From Selaginella moellendorffii (Eukaryota; Plantae; Lycopodiophyta), in assembly GCF_000143415.4 (NCBI RefSeq), contig NW_003314328.1:62001-126000 (forward strand): 64,000 bases of DNA, given 5' to 3'. The notes under the pieces are model-generated. The model saw only the letters and a list, made by a program, of their open reading frames with translations, ran no database searches and was not told the DNA's origin. Position 1 is the first letter of the stretch, and every line of letters begins with the position of its first letter. Positions 1 through 12,238 of the stretch are shown here, piece after piece. The translations under genes and the position numbers were made by a program.

Positions 1-405
1 GGGAAGTTGTCTTGGAAGGAAATACCATTGGACTTTTTGATGGATTTGTGTCCACAAAAGCTCGCATTGCTCCAGGCCTCAGGACCATGCCAAGCAAAGC
101 TTTCGAAAGTGCAGCACAAGGAGCATGCTCTTCAAAGAGATCGGCCAATTGTAAGAGACAATGGCCTGGATGGAGCCACAGGACCTTGATGAGTATCTCC
201 AAAACATCCTCGCCAATCTTCCAGGACATCCGGTCCTCGTCCTCATCATCCATTTCCTCGTCGTCCATTTCCCCGTCGTCTTGGATCGAGCTTTCCTTGG
301 CAGCACTGGCAAACTGTCCAGGAGGGTTATATTCCTCTTTACTATAAAGGCTCCGACGATCTTGAGAGCAACCTTGCCTTCTTCTTCTTTGCGAGTTGGA
401 AGGAC
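1..405 (-). other. Open frame running off the window edge with an acidic tract; unknown family, possibly a gene or pseudogene fragment
   Basis: Manual translation gives ~135 stop-free codons (…QDDGEMDDEEMDDEDEDRMSWKIGEDVLEILIKVLWLHPG…); no recognisable domain. Confidence 0.25.
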
Positions 406-1046
406 TTCACTACTATATGGACAGTATTTGTGTGTGATCTTTTCTCCAGACGAGTGTTCAAAGGCACTACCCAATTTTGAATCTTACCAAAAATATTCCT
501 TTGGAATGGCCATAGTGAGTGCAAGACGATACAAGCTTGTTGTGCCTATATTCGATATCGGAGCTTGGAACTCTGTGTTGATGTAGTGCGAATGGATGGG
601 AGGAAATCGATGGCTCGGCGGAGTACTGTGTGGTCAAGGTGAATGGTATGGGTTGAAGGCTCTTCGATCAGACGAGGAGCGATTAGCATCACAGTTGCTA
701 AAGGTTAGCGTGCAATTGGAGATATCAAGCTTGTCTCGCCACCATTCGAAGTATTCAAGCTTGAGAAGTGGCAGAATGGTTTCTTAGGTGCCCGGTATAA
801 TACTGGGCCTGTGAAGTGGTGGGGAGCAATGCCAAGGAGATTGCATGCTTGACTGGAACTGATGATCAAGAAGATTGGGGACTGGACTTTGGAATGATGA
901 AAGTTGACAACAAGTTTGTGAGCATCACGTCCTCCTCCCTACATTCCCCATGCACTCTGTGCGGCACCCGCCACGAGATTTAACTTGGTTTTCTCATTTT
1001 CCAGGCCACTGCCAAGAAAAGCTAGATCGTCAAATGAGAAGCATAC

Positions 1047-3059
1047 ATGATCTACGAGAAACTGGGCGATGGCAACGTTGGCCAGTGGGTCGAGCGCATC
1101 AAGTCATGCACAAGCCTTTCTCGAGCGACGCAGCTCCACGCACAGCTCCTCCACTCGCACAAGAGTCTCGAATTCGACACTTACCTCTCCAACTTGCTCG
1201 TCCAGATGTATGGCAAATGCGGCAGCCTCCAAAACGCTCGCGACGTCTTTGACGGCATCCGCCACAAAGATGTCTTCTCGTGGAACTTGCTGCTCTCGGC
1301 GCATGCCCAGAACGGGGAATTGGAGGACGCCAGGCGGTTGTTTGAGGCCATCCCGTGCAAAGACTCGGTGTCATGGAACACGATTTTGACTGCGCTCGTC
1401 CAGGGCGAGAGGGTGGACGAAGCGAGGGCTATCTTTGATGACATGGATTTGGAGGACAGGGATCCGGTGTCGTGGAATGTGATGCTTACTGGATATGCCC
1501 AAGCTGGGCATTTGGAGAAAGCACAGGAGGTTTTTGATGGGATGCCGGTTTGGAACTTGAGCTCCTGGAATGCGCTGTTGTCGGGATACTCGCAAGCGGA
1601 TTGTTTTGAGGAAGCCAAGGATGTGTTTGATCGCATGCCCGCGAAAGATTTAACTTCGTGGAGTGCCATGCTTGCTACAGTTGCTACCTTGGGGCATATG
1701 TCTGAAGCTAAGGAGTTTTTTGGGTTAATCCCCGAGTGGAATACCATTTCATGCACGGCTATGCTGTCGTGCTTTGCGAAACACGGGCATTTAGAACAAG
1801 CTAAAAGTGTTTTTGACAAGATGCCTGTGAGGGATTTTATTTCGTGGAACGCCATGCTATCTGCATATACCCAATGCGAGCATCTTGATTCTGCCTTGGA
1901 GCTCTTTAACGCCATGCCCGAGCGAAACTCCGTGTCGTGCACGACAATCCTCGGCGGCTGCGCTCACAGCAATCGAGCTAGTGAAGCGGAGCGCATCTTT
2001 GCGAGTATCCCGGGTCGCTACAACGACGATGTCGTGTGCTGGAATGCCATGCTGAGCGTCTATGCTCGCGACGGAAACTCCTTGGAGAATTCTAGGATTT
2101 TCTTCGAGGCCATGCCGCGCCGGAACCTCGTCTCGTTTGTCACCATGATGTGCGCCTACGCTCAGAGTGGGAGATGCCAGGACGCCGGAGCTCTGCTGGA
2201 TAGGATGCCACACCACGACGTGGTTTCATCTACGTCGGCGATCCACGCATATGCGCAACGAGGGCTTTTGCGTGAGGCGATGGATGTGTTCTCGGCGATG
2301 CGCGAGTGGAGCGTGGTGGCATGCAACGCGATGGTAAATGGGTTTTCCCAGCTTGGGCGTGTGGAAGAGGCCAAGGCAATTGTGGATTCCATGCCTGCCC
2401 ACGACGTGAGCTCCTGGAACGCTATCCTCGTCGCGTATGCCCGCGAAGGGCATATGGAACAGCTCGAGCGGTTCTTTACCGCGATGCCGGACAAGAACGC
2501 TGCGTCGTGGAGCTTGCTCATCGCCGCCATCGCCGGTGATGGCAGGCCCAGCGCCGCGAGAAAGATCTTCGAGACCATCAGTCGCGACGAGGATTTGCCG
2601 CTGTGGAACACGATGCTGGGAGTTCTCGCACAGAGCTCGCAAGACATCGGCACCGCCGAGGAGATGTTTAGAGAGATGACGATGGCAGGCGCGAGCAGCC
2701 CAGATGAGATCAGCTTTACGTGGATTCTACTCGAGTGTAGCCATTCGGGGGACTTGGAGGCGGGATATGGATGGTTTTGCTCCATGAGAATGGACTATGG
2801 CGTGAGAACGAGCAAGCAGCACTATGGGTGTGTGATCGACTTGCTGGGGCGAGCTGGGCGACTGGACGAAGCTCAGGATCTTCTCGCAAACATGCCGTTC
2901 AAGCCGCAAGCTCCTGAGTGGACTTGCTTTCTCGGAGCTTGCAGGAAGAGTTATAGCCCTGACACCACGATGAACTTGGCGGCAAGTAGAGTGTTTGTCC
3001 TTGAGCCGAAAAATGCTGCTCCTTACCTGTTGCTCACTAGAAGAAACACTAGCAACTAA
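1047..3059 (+). CDS. PLS-class pentatricopeptide repeat protein (670 aa), long 31-aa repeat array, ends in E region, no DYW
   Basis: Intronless ORF with ATG at 1047; NLLVQMYGKCG lead-in, repeated SWN..L..YAQ.G motifs, C-terminal HYGCVIDLLGRAGRLDEA…WTCFLGAC…PYLLL. Confidence 0.93.
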   Translation: MIYEKLGDGNVGQWVERIKSCTSLSRATQLHAQLLHSHKSLEFDTYLSNLLVQMYGKCGSLQNARDVFDGIRHKDVFSWNLLLSAHAQNGELEDARRLFEAIPCKDSVSWNTILTALVQGERVDEARAIFDDMDLEDRDPVSWNVMLTGYAQAGHLEKAQEVFDGMPVWNLSSWNALLSGYSQADCFEEAKDVFDRMPAKDLTSWSAMLATVATLGHMSEAKEFFGLIPEWNTISCTAMLSCFAKHGHLEQAKSVFDKMPVRDFISWNAMLSAYTQCEHLDSALELFNAMPERNSVSCTTILGGCAHSNRASEAERIFASIPGRYNDDVVCWNAMLSVYARDGNSLENSRIFFEAMPRRNLVSFVTMMCAYAQSGRCQDAGALLDRMPHHDVVSSTSAIHAYAQRGLLREAMDVFSAMREWSVVACNAMVNGFSQLGRVEEAKAIVDSMPAHDVSSWNAILVAYAREGHMEQLERFFTAMPDKNAASWSLLIAAIAGDGRPSAARKIFETISRDEDLPLWNTMLGVLAQSSQDIGTAEEMFREMTMAGASSPDEISFTWILLECSHSGDLEAGYGWFCSMRMDYGVRTSKQHYGCVIDLLGRAGRLDEAQDLLANMPFKPQAPEWTCFLGACRKSYSPDTTMNLAASRVFVLEPKNAAPYLLLTRRNTSN

Positions 3060-3119
3060 AATAGATAATATTTCTCTCTCTACTATCATTGAGTTCAGAA
3101 CTTTGGATTGATGGTTTAT

Positions 3120-3350
3120 TCACTCAAACCTGCCGGAGCAGCCTGGCCACTATGCCATCTACTGGGAGCTGATAAACAATCTAGATTACTCCAATCATTT
3201 GCTTTTAAACAGGTTGTAATGTTCTGGATTGGTCATTCACTGCTGTCCCATACATAATGGGGAGAAAAACTGGGACAATCGGACTCCTCCAGCTTGTGAT
3301 TGTGTAAAAATGCAGCTTTGCAGACGCAAAGGAGCCCAAAAGCTGGAGAT
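3120..3350 (+). pseudogene. Isolated 3' fragment of a GH3 acyl-acid amido synthetase
   Basis: ctcaaacctgccggagcagcctggccactatgccatctactgggagctg closely matches 9370-9420 of the GH3 gene; translates SNLPEQPGHYAIYWEL…GRKTGTIGLLQLVIV with stops. Confidence 0.8.
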
Positions 3351-3859
3351 TAATTTATTTTGTACTGAATCCAAAAGAAAAGCATAAAATGTTGAGAACA
3401 ATTAGTAGTAGCAAAGTTAATTAACATGCACAACATCAAGAAAATGAAATTATACATCCAAAAGCCTTTAGACTTGTGATAGTGCTCATAGAAAAATAAT
3501 ATCTTAATATTGTATCATCAACATTAAAAGACTGGAAGGCTTACAAAATCTATAATTCATTTTTGTTAATCCTAAAAGAAATCCTAAATAAACTTTGGAT
3601 CAAAATAAAAAATACTTGCCCACGTTCTCAGGTGGCCAAGGCTTTTTTCTCTCAGATTGTACGCTTTCATCATTGTCTCTAATAGAGGCTCCAAGTTCGT
3701 TGGAAACTTTTAGAAGCCTAGGAACAACGCTCAGTTTCAGCAGTGCTAGTCTGACACTCAAATTGAGTGCACTAATCAAACATTTGAGATGCCACTATAG
3801 GCTTTCTACAAGGCTAAACCAGCTTCATGGCTGTGATGGCTTCTACATGCTGAGTATGC

Positions 3860-4335
3860 TTACAATACAACACACCACTTGGCTATAGGCATGGCACCAT
3901 ATGCGGCACTTTATGGCCAAGATGTCCTAGGTGCAACAATGCTTAGAAGTAGCCCAAACAAGGATGAAGTATTATGTGGACGTTTAGAGAATTTGAAGTT
4001 GGGGAGTGGGTGTATGTATGGTTGAGACCTGAGTGCCACACATTGAGGAGCAAGGCAATGTCTCAATCAAAACTGCACCCACACTTCTTTGGTCCATACA
4101 GAAGAAAAGATCAACAAAGTGGCCTATAAATTGTGTTTCCCACCCTTCACAACGTGTTGCATATACTGAGCTTAAAGCTCAGAAGGGTCTGCTTCCAAGT
4201 CAGCTCGAGATTCCAGCTCTGTCTCTGGCCACATGCTACTCCTCCAAAACAAGGTCATGGACCAAGACAATTGAGTGCTCCAAAACAAGACATCTCCTAT
4301 TTAAGGACCAAAGTGTTCAATGAGGGAAGTTATGT
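3860..4335 (+). mobile_element. Degenerate Ty3/gypsy integrase C-terminal remnant
   Basis: Frameshifted motifs RMKYYVD, EFEVGEWVYVWLRP, FFGPY, KINKVAYKL, LHNVLH typical of the gypsy integrase GPY/F region. Confidence 0.7.
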
Positions 4336-7104
4336 TTACTTCATTCTCTTTGCTCTATCTCTCCTAATTCTCCCTTCCTTTCTATTGCTATGGCCATTTT
4401 TGTTGTACATTCTTCCTTTCAGTTGTACATCAACTCCTGTCCATTTATGGGCAGTGAGTAGTTCTACAAGGATGTTTTGACTTTAACATACATTTTGGTT
4501 TGAATCTTTACACTTTACCCATATTTTGTGAGTGCTCAGGATATAGAAATAAATATATTAAGTGGGGTATAAATCATTAATTAATTACTAAGAGATGGTT
4601 ATTTTGTTGCTCCTCTTGAGCTTTCTTGTCAGCCTTTAATAGACAAAAATGGATGGACTAGATTTAGTCCCAAATGGATAATTTATATGCTATAGTATTA
4701 TATTTAGCTAGGGTTATATATGTATATACATACATATATATATATAAACTTTATACCATTCTCCCCTCAAAAAGATGGAACATCTAGAGCTTCTACTCTA
4801 GAGCTTTTGCTGAGTGATTATAAATTACCATAAGAATTTAAAGCTCTTACAAAACCACCAATAAAGTTGCTGACAACTACGAAATCCTAATGAATCAATT
4901 GTAATTTTATGTGCAACTACCAAATGCTTAAGCCAACTTCAAAACCATAACTCAAAGCAAAGAATTTCAAGAACCATTGTAATCCATGAAATATCATTGC
5001 AACAAATGATATATCCTGCATTTAAGTTTATTTGTTAATAATCCTTTAAAAATATTGTTAATTTGAACTCACAACCATAAGTAGAACTTAGCTTTGCATC
5101 TTCTCTTCAATCAATATCCAAAACTCATGTTAACTCAAATTTATAACTTTTATCCTTGTCTAGCACTACATATGGGAGGTTAAACTCACTCCATTTGACT
5201 TTCATATCCTTTTTATCCCAAAAAAAAAAAAAAATTGAAGCATCAACTCTGTTTAAACTTGTTATGCTCATCCTTATTTTGCTGTCTATATTTGGTTTCA
5301 TTCCATTGTTGCATCCATTTAACCTTATTACATTGAATTTGATATTTTATTCGAACTTGTTATACTCATCCTCACTCCATAATCTATATTGTTTGTTATC
5401 ACTTTACTATTGTATCGATTCATACTCACTCTATTGTTAAGGTCAGACTCCCGCTGTTCCCTTTACTCCCTCCTCCAAAGAAAAAAAAGTTTGAAATGTT
5501 AGGGTAAAAAAGAGAAAGCAAGAAAAAAGGGGGAAAAAACATTATGAAAGAAGAAAAAGTGGACAAAGAAGTATTAAAAGATAAATTTTTAGCAATTGTC
5601 AAAATAAAAATTGAGAGAAAAAAAGGAAATATATTTAAAGCTTAGAGAATAGAGGCTTTGCTATGATAAAATACTTTGTTTAGCATGAGATAAATAAGAG
5701 ATTCACACCGCTCCTTAATACATAATTCAACACTTGAGATAGAAAAATCAATAAAAAAATCCACACTCTCAAAAGAGCATATAAACCCCTTAGCAACAAT
5801 GATAAAACAAAGGCTATTAACATCACTCACAACTAAGGCCATGCACTCAACTTGAAACTCCAGTCAAAGTGATTCAACCTTTATAATAGGGGAATATTGA
5901 ATACTAGAATTGATCAAAGACTCCGCCAAAGAAACAAAAGCAAAATTCTCTTCATGTATATGATCAACATCTAAATTAGTATAAGAATTATAGAAAACAC
6001 TCAACTCAACATTAAATTGAAAATGAGAATCATAAAAGTAAAAAATGATCAATGTGTTAGGAGAAGAAAAGATATTGCAAATGAAGAAGGAACACTAAAA
6101 ACATAAAAAGGTTGCTTAGGCTAAAACATTAAAGAGTTTGAAAAAGGGTAGAAAGTAAAGAGAAATGATCAAATAGCAAATTAAAGGATTGATATCTACC
6201 TTGCGAAATCTTCAACTCATTCCAAAGCTATCTCCAAAGTTATTTCCATAATAATTAAGTTCCTCATCACAATTTAGAATCTATTCAAGCTTGTAGATGT
6301 TGTCTTTCTATAAACTTGATTTTCGAACATTCTTTGAGAACTAAATTGTATCATCTATAGCTCATGAATCAATATCATGATCATGCTTCACATTAACGGG
6401 AAATAGTAGAACACTAAGAACAAAACAAGCTATATAATCACATTGGAGATGACAACACACTAAAGATGGGTGTAACAATAATATGATTACACTCTACAGC
6501 ACCAAAAGTTTAATTCAATGAAGGATACTCTGTGATTGATGACAGTATGACAAGGTAAAAGAAGAGAATACAATGAAGATTAATATAAATCTAGATTTAA
6601 AAGAGAATGAAGAAATAAAAACAAAAAGCACAATCTCAAATATTAGAGCAAAGCATTGCAAAAAACTTTGCCCTTTAAGGATAAATTGTAATGCCTCTTA
6701 TCTCCATGGCTTGGGATATAAGAATAGATATATTAATTAAGGTTTAGACCCTTACTTATATATAAAAATAAATAGACCAAATTCAGTTGGTAATACTATA
6801 ATACTAACTAGGGTAATACATATATGGTGGAATTGTGAGACACAAATCCTTGAGCCCCAAAATGGAGCCAAAAAGGTGGTAGTGGTCAAAGCAGAAGTAC
6901 AAATATTTAATAAAGCAAAAAAAAAAAATTAAAATATTGAATTGTGAGTTTTAACTTAACAAAAGGTAATGAAAATCTGTTGACTTGGATTAATACCTCT
7001 CTCTATAACCAGCTGCAATCTTGTACATTGCATGATTATTCATACCTCCTATGATCATTTCAATAATTAGCTCTATAATTTATAATAATTTATTAGAATT
7101 TCAG

Positions 7105-7510
7105 TCATTCCAGAACTTTGTGGTAAGTGGAAAAGCCTTGAGCTTCTCAGTGGTTGTTCCGGAGCTACATAAAACATATGTTCTATAGAGCTGAACATGC
7201 TAAAAAGTTTTCAATCTTGACAAGAATACAATAACTGGATCTTTGCACAAGATGGAGCTTGGATCTTCATCTGCCATGCACTACATTGTTGCAGCAATGT
7301 CTTCATAACCCACAACACGACATAAGCTTTGAATGAATCTATATCAGTGACATTGTAACTCTGGAGGTAAGCATTGTGCTCAACAATGTTCCCCAAGATC
7401 TTTTCCTGAACAACTGTTGCATCTCTATACATATCCTCAAACTCATCAATCAGCACCTCCATTCTCCTTTCCCTTAGCATCTATCCACACTGCATTTTTG
7501 CCTCCATCAT
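7105..7510 (-). pseudogene. 5' fragment of a GH3 gene, head-to-head with the adjacent GH3 copy
   Basis: MEVLIDEFEDMYRDATVVQEKILGNIVEHN aligns with GH3 exon at 7830-7930; second exon reads SGTTTEKLKAFPLT after a GT-AG intron; frameshifted and truncated. Confidence 0.85.
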
Positions 7511-7808
7511 TCTCATGTATCAAGATGGACACCACAAACTCTCAAAAACAGCAAATAGATAGATAAAGGCAAGATCCACCACAAGGTTCCTCTGACAGGA
7601 ATGTCTGCCACAGTAGAAAACTAATAATGACATATGAGAAGCTTTGGTTTTGGGTGCGACACTCAGCACAACTTTGCAAGTGAGGTGGAGACCACAAAAG
7701 ACGGTCGAATGGCAGAGGCGATCTAAGAATATTCCTTACTCCATTCTCCTGCAATTAAGGTACCCATCATGCCTACATGGTAACTTTCCCTCCCTGATCT
7801 GGTTCCAG

Positions 7809-9620
7809 GAGCAAAACTTAGAAGATCGCTTTGTGAGAACGGAGGCGTTGGTCAATGAGTTTGAGGATATGTGTAGGAATGCAACATTTGTTCAGGAAGA
7901 GATCTTGGGGGCCATTGTGGAGCACAATGCTTCTTGTGAGTACCTCAGGAGCTACAATGTGACTGATGCAGATTCATTCAAAGCCCACATCCCCATTGTG
8001 GACTACGAAAACATTGCTGCAAGGATTCAACGTATGGCAGATGGAGGTCCAGGCTCTGTCCTGTGCAAAGATCCCGTCATTGCATTCATCTTGAGGTCTG
8101 AAAGCCTTTTCAGCATGTTTGATTGCTTAGCTCCATACAACATATGTTTTATGTAGCTCGGCAACAACAACTGATAAGCGCAAGGCTTTTCCACTTACCA
8201 CAAAGTCCCGCAGCCTGAAAAACCATGCAGACAAGATTTCAGCGGGTTATGGAGAAAGGTATATTAAGCTAAGCCAACAAAACCTCATAAACTCTTGTGT
8301 GTTTGAGCAGAGATTTTCCAGTCGGTTCCTTTCCAACAGCCTTGGCTTTCATGTATGCTCAACCTCATGGGACACTCTCCAAATCAGGCCTCCCGATCAT
8401 GCCTGGTTCTAGCTTCTATTTCACAAGCCAGGCTTATAAAGAGAGGCCAAGCAGGAGCATAAGTACAGACGAGGTTATCTTTGGTCCGTGGTGGGAGTCA
8501 ACGTACTGTCACTTGCTCTCTGGACTCATTTTACGCACGGAAGTGGATTATATTACCTCCTTCTTTGCTTATACCCTTGTCCACGCGTTCAACATGCTGG
8601 AGGCTGAATGGAGGAACCTCTGTTACGACATAAGAACTGGAAAACTGGACGAAAGAGTCAAAGACGTTAAATTGAGAGCAGCTGTTGCAGGGGTGCTGCG
8701 CGAAGATCCAGACTCAGCTGGCTCAATAGAGGAGGTCTGCAGCAGCAATGTGTCATGGGATCAAGGGATAGTTCTAAAGCTTTGGCCGAAAGCTAAGTAC
8801 TTATTGACTGTGGTAACAGGTGATCTAGTTTTTTATTTCTCTATATATGTAATGTGGTTTTGCAGGTGATATGAAACCTTACATTCCTGCTCTAAGGAGG
8901 TATGCAGGAGGTGTACATATTATGGGAAGGGAGTACATAGGTTCAGAAGGAGTCTATGGAATAAACATAAATCCCGCTACTGAACCAGAGAATGTTGTCT
9001 TCACACTTGTCCCTACAACATTATACATGGAGTTTCTTCGGCTCAGGGACAACAAGCTGGTGGACTCAAGTGACTTAGAAATCGGTGAGCAGTACGAACT
9101 GGTTATTACCACACATTCAGGTGAGCAGTCCTGCCTTGTTTCATTTCGCACCATGCAATCAACACTTTGCAGGTTTGTATCGGTACAAAGTGGGGGATGT
9201 GGTCAAAGTCGTCGCTTTCTTTCACGAGAGTCCACAAATGGCCTTTGAATATCGTTGCAGTGCGGTGCTAAGTGTAAGCCTGGACATGACCAGTGAAACA
9301 AGAGCTCCAGAACGTGGTAAGAAGAACATGCATCGAGGCGAACCTGGAAATTGTGGATTTCACAAGTCACTCAAACCTGTCGGAGCAGCCTGGCCACTAT
9401 GTCATTTACTGGGAGCTGAAAAACGAGCCAAACATTTACTCCAATCATGCGCTTCTGGATCGGCCATTTACTTCTATTGTATACATCCCGGAGAGAAGTG
9501 AGAAATGGCTCTGCAGCTGGACAGTACAAGACTCCAAGGTGCATTAAGAGCCCAAAAGTGCTAGAGATTTTGGAAGAGGAGATTGTCACCACTTATAGAA
9601 GCTCGGAATACCCTTCCTAA
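7809..9620 (+). pseudogene. GH3: GH3-family acyl-acid amido synthetase, 5 exons, probably non-functional
   Basis: Motifs SSATTTDKRK, YIGSEG, LYRYKVGD, PGHYVIYWEL, QYKTPRC. One extra base near 9297-9299 shifts the last exon; an apparent internal deletion near 9500; start codon unclear. Confidence 0.85.
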
Positions 9621-9697
9621 AGATCAAATCTGAAATAGAAACACAAACTGTTCTTTGCCAATGGGGAGGGTATGTTTGCCAAATCCAAATAACAATT

Positions 9698-10112
9698 CCC
9701 TAAGCTAACTGGCTAAAGAGGTGATCACTTTATTTTATTATCTTGACTTAATGCCTAAATGATCATTTGTGATCATTGTCACTCATTGTCACGTTGATGG
9801 TTGAAATGGAAACCCAGACCAGGGTGGTCACTTCAGAAGTCTTCCAAAACAACCTTTTTTCACGGTCACAAGCTTCAGGGGTCCGATTGTACCAGTTCAG
9901 TTATTATGATCTTTCTTTTAAGGTTTTCCCACTATAGGTCTATTAAACCTTGGTTTTCCCTGTAGATCTAGTATGTTAAATATTCCTTCAAAATATTTTT
10001 GCCCCATTCATCAGCTATTGGGCTCTAATACCAATGTTAAGTTCTATCCTTAAAACCCTAAATTAACTAATTAACTAAAAAAGTAATCACTTGATTGCAA
10101 CACCCTTTCTTT
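9698..10112 (-). mobile_element. Degenerate copy of the TRIM family seen at 58049-58435
   Basis: Two partial LTR matches (ccctaagctaactggctaaa…; tgttaag…aaaaagtaatcacttgattg), shared internal aaatatt…aaaatatttttgcccca, iMet-type PBS (tggtattagagc on minus strand) at ~10021-10033. Confidence 0.7.
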
Positions 10113-10149
10113 GTCCTCGTGCCTGATCCTCCATTAATCCTAATCCTTG

Positions 10150-10297
10150 GTAGAGAAAGATGCCGTTGTAAATTAGGACTTAATCCAGGATGCATTTGAT
10201 ACAATCGATCTTGCAAAGCAAGCTGTGGAAGCCCAGTGCCTAGGAGTCTCAGTGTGCTGATATACTTGTGATGGTCACTTGAGATATGTTGATCCTG
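10150..10297 (+). pseudogene. Class III peroxidase exon fragment
   Basis: Translates EKDAVVN*DLIQDAFDTIDLAKQAVEAQCLGV then (frameshift) CADILVMVT*DMLIL, matching the peroxidase EKDA…FD…AK.AVE..CPG.VSCADILA.A.RD segment. Confidence 0.75.
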
Positions 10298-10334
10298 GAG
10301 AGTATCACCTGGCGGGCCATCCCATGTATCTCAT

Positions 10335-11170
10335 TTGAACACGATATTGACAATGCTGGTGCAGGGTGAGAGGCTGGAAGAAGCGAGGTCTCTCTTTGAT
10401 GACACGGATTTGGTGGCAAGGGATTCAGAATGTGATTCTTATCATCTATGTAGGAGATTGTTGTACTGCTTCTTTACACTCCATGTATATTTTCTACTTA
10501 AATTTCAAAATCTTCGCTCTAGCTCCATGAGCACCTGGTGCAAGCTCTCTGCGTAGTTACTGGGATGGAAATCTCGGTTTGAAGCCAAGAGGCTGCCAAT
10601 CTTCTCTTTGACATAGATGGCAGCTGAGTTGCCACCATGTCCATCATAAACGCCAATAAGTGACGCATATATGCGAGAAAGTGAACTGAGGAACTAGAGG
10701 CCAATCACCATGCCTACAAAGTTTATGCCAAAGCAATGACTCTCAAGCTCCAACTGGAAGCCATGGACGGAAGGGTACAGAAAAACATGGTTTTGCAAAA
10801 AAATAATCTCTTCTCACGTTTATTTCTTGAAGGTCTGTTTACGAGAGTTATAACTGCTTGTTACTGTATGCAAGGAATCTCTTCGAGAACGATGAGTATT
10901 GCCGCTGTGGAACACGCGTGCGGAGCTCTCAAGACCGCAGATATGTTTAGTGAGATGGCGGTGGACATGGATGGTTTTGCTCCATGGGAATGGACTACGG
11001 CGTGAGAAGGAGCAAGCAGCACTATGGGTTTGTGGGGCGAGCGGATGAAGGCCACAAACATGCCGTTCAAGCTACAGCTAGAGAAGACTCCACGATGAAC
11101 TTGGCGGCGAGTAGAGTGTCTGTCATGGAGTCGGAAAATGCTCCTCCTTACCTGTTGCTCACTAGAAGAA
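10335..11170 (+). pseudogene. Heavily deleted relic of the PPR gene at 1047-3059, with intervening foreign sequence
   Basis: 10335-10425 matches ~1376-1465; 10880-11170 matches pieces of ~2565-3045 (atggactacggcgtgagaa…ccttacctgttgctcactagaagaaa). Confidence 0.85.
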
Positions 11171-11409
11171 ATTTACCATTGTTGCGACAGTTCGTCTTCC
11201 AGCCGTCTTGCCGAGTCTCATCGGAAGTGTCATGTAGCATGACATTTGTGCTGTCGCAATTCCACCAGCACCTTGCTGCTCGCATTCGAAAATCTTTCTT
11301 GCTGAATGCACCAAATCCCACGTTTTTCGTGTGAACTCAGAAGTGAGAACTTCGATTTATTCGTTTCCTGTAGATATGTACAAAATTGCGATCTGAGCTC
11401 CCATCTCGA

Positions 11410-12047
11410 TCAACGGTGGCGGGTGTGAATCCTTTGCAAGTGTGCATTCTCGAGCTTGTTGAAAAGCGATCGATTCGAATGAAACGAATGCTCTGGACTG
11501 AACATGCTGAAAAAGGTAGCTCGCAGATCCTCAAAGCTCACGTTTTCCTCCTGCAACTCGATCTTAAAAAAAGAAAAAAAAAGAAAAGGCATCTAGAAAC
11601 GCACCTCGTGAACTTGCTGTTGCATCATCGTCCGCAATTCACCCAAGAAATCCTTCATTCCCTGCAAAGAAAGAAGCGTTAAATAGAGAACCACAAAGAA
11701 AAAAAAATCTATAACTCACATAGGCGGCGCTTTGGTGAAATCCTTGAAACTGGCTTTGTTGATCATACAATAACCTCTTTTTCCAGTCCGATAACACCAC
11801 ATAGGCATTATGGATCTCCTGGAACTTTAACTTTGCCGCCTCTGGATCCCTTCCGAGGTACTTATCCGGGTGCCAAATCTGTCAATCAGTGTCTAGAATC
11901 ACTCCAATCACTCCGAAAACTCAAGAAGGATCAACAAGAACTTACCCTCGCAAGCCTTCGGTACGCACTGCGAATCTCTCTCGGCGACGCTCCCCGGTAG
12001 AGCCCAAGAACAGCGTAGAGATCGCCGCTCGGCCTATCGCCCCCCAT
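11410..12047 (-). CDS. Small type III J-domain (DnaJ) protein, 4 exons
   Basis: Manual splicing: MGGDRPSGDLYAVLGLYRGASPREIRSAYRRLAR|IWHPDKYLGRDPEAAKLKFQEIHNAYVVLSDWKKRLLYD…|GMKDFLGELRTMMQQQVHE|…EENVSFEDLRATFFSMF…; HPD motif, GT-AG introns. Confidence 0.9.
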
Positions 12048-12238
12048 TTGCTCGCGATCGGGCGCCAGCCAGGAAAATCCTCGCGGAGAAGAACAAGACA
12101 ACACACCACCGCCACCATCCCTCCGCTTAGCCTAATATAATTCTATCTCTTCGGGACACGTCACCGGGAAATGGAATCTAGAAGGTTCTGGATCCTGTTT
12201 GAAGAAAGAATATTCTAAAAGTATGAAAAATTGGCGCG

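Noticed and set aside
4400-7000. Short hydrophobic ORFs in AT-rich DNA
   Set aside because: Compositional artefacts with no domain signal.
10523-10774. Selenoprotein reading of the four in-frame TGA codons
   Set aside because: Land plants lack selenocysteine machinery; CpG decay in a pseudogene mosaic is simpler.
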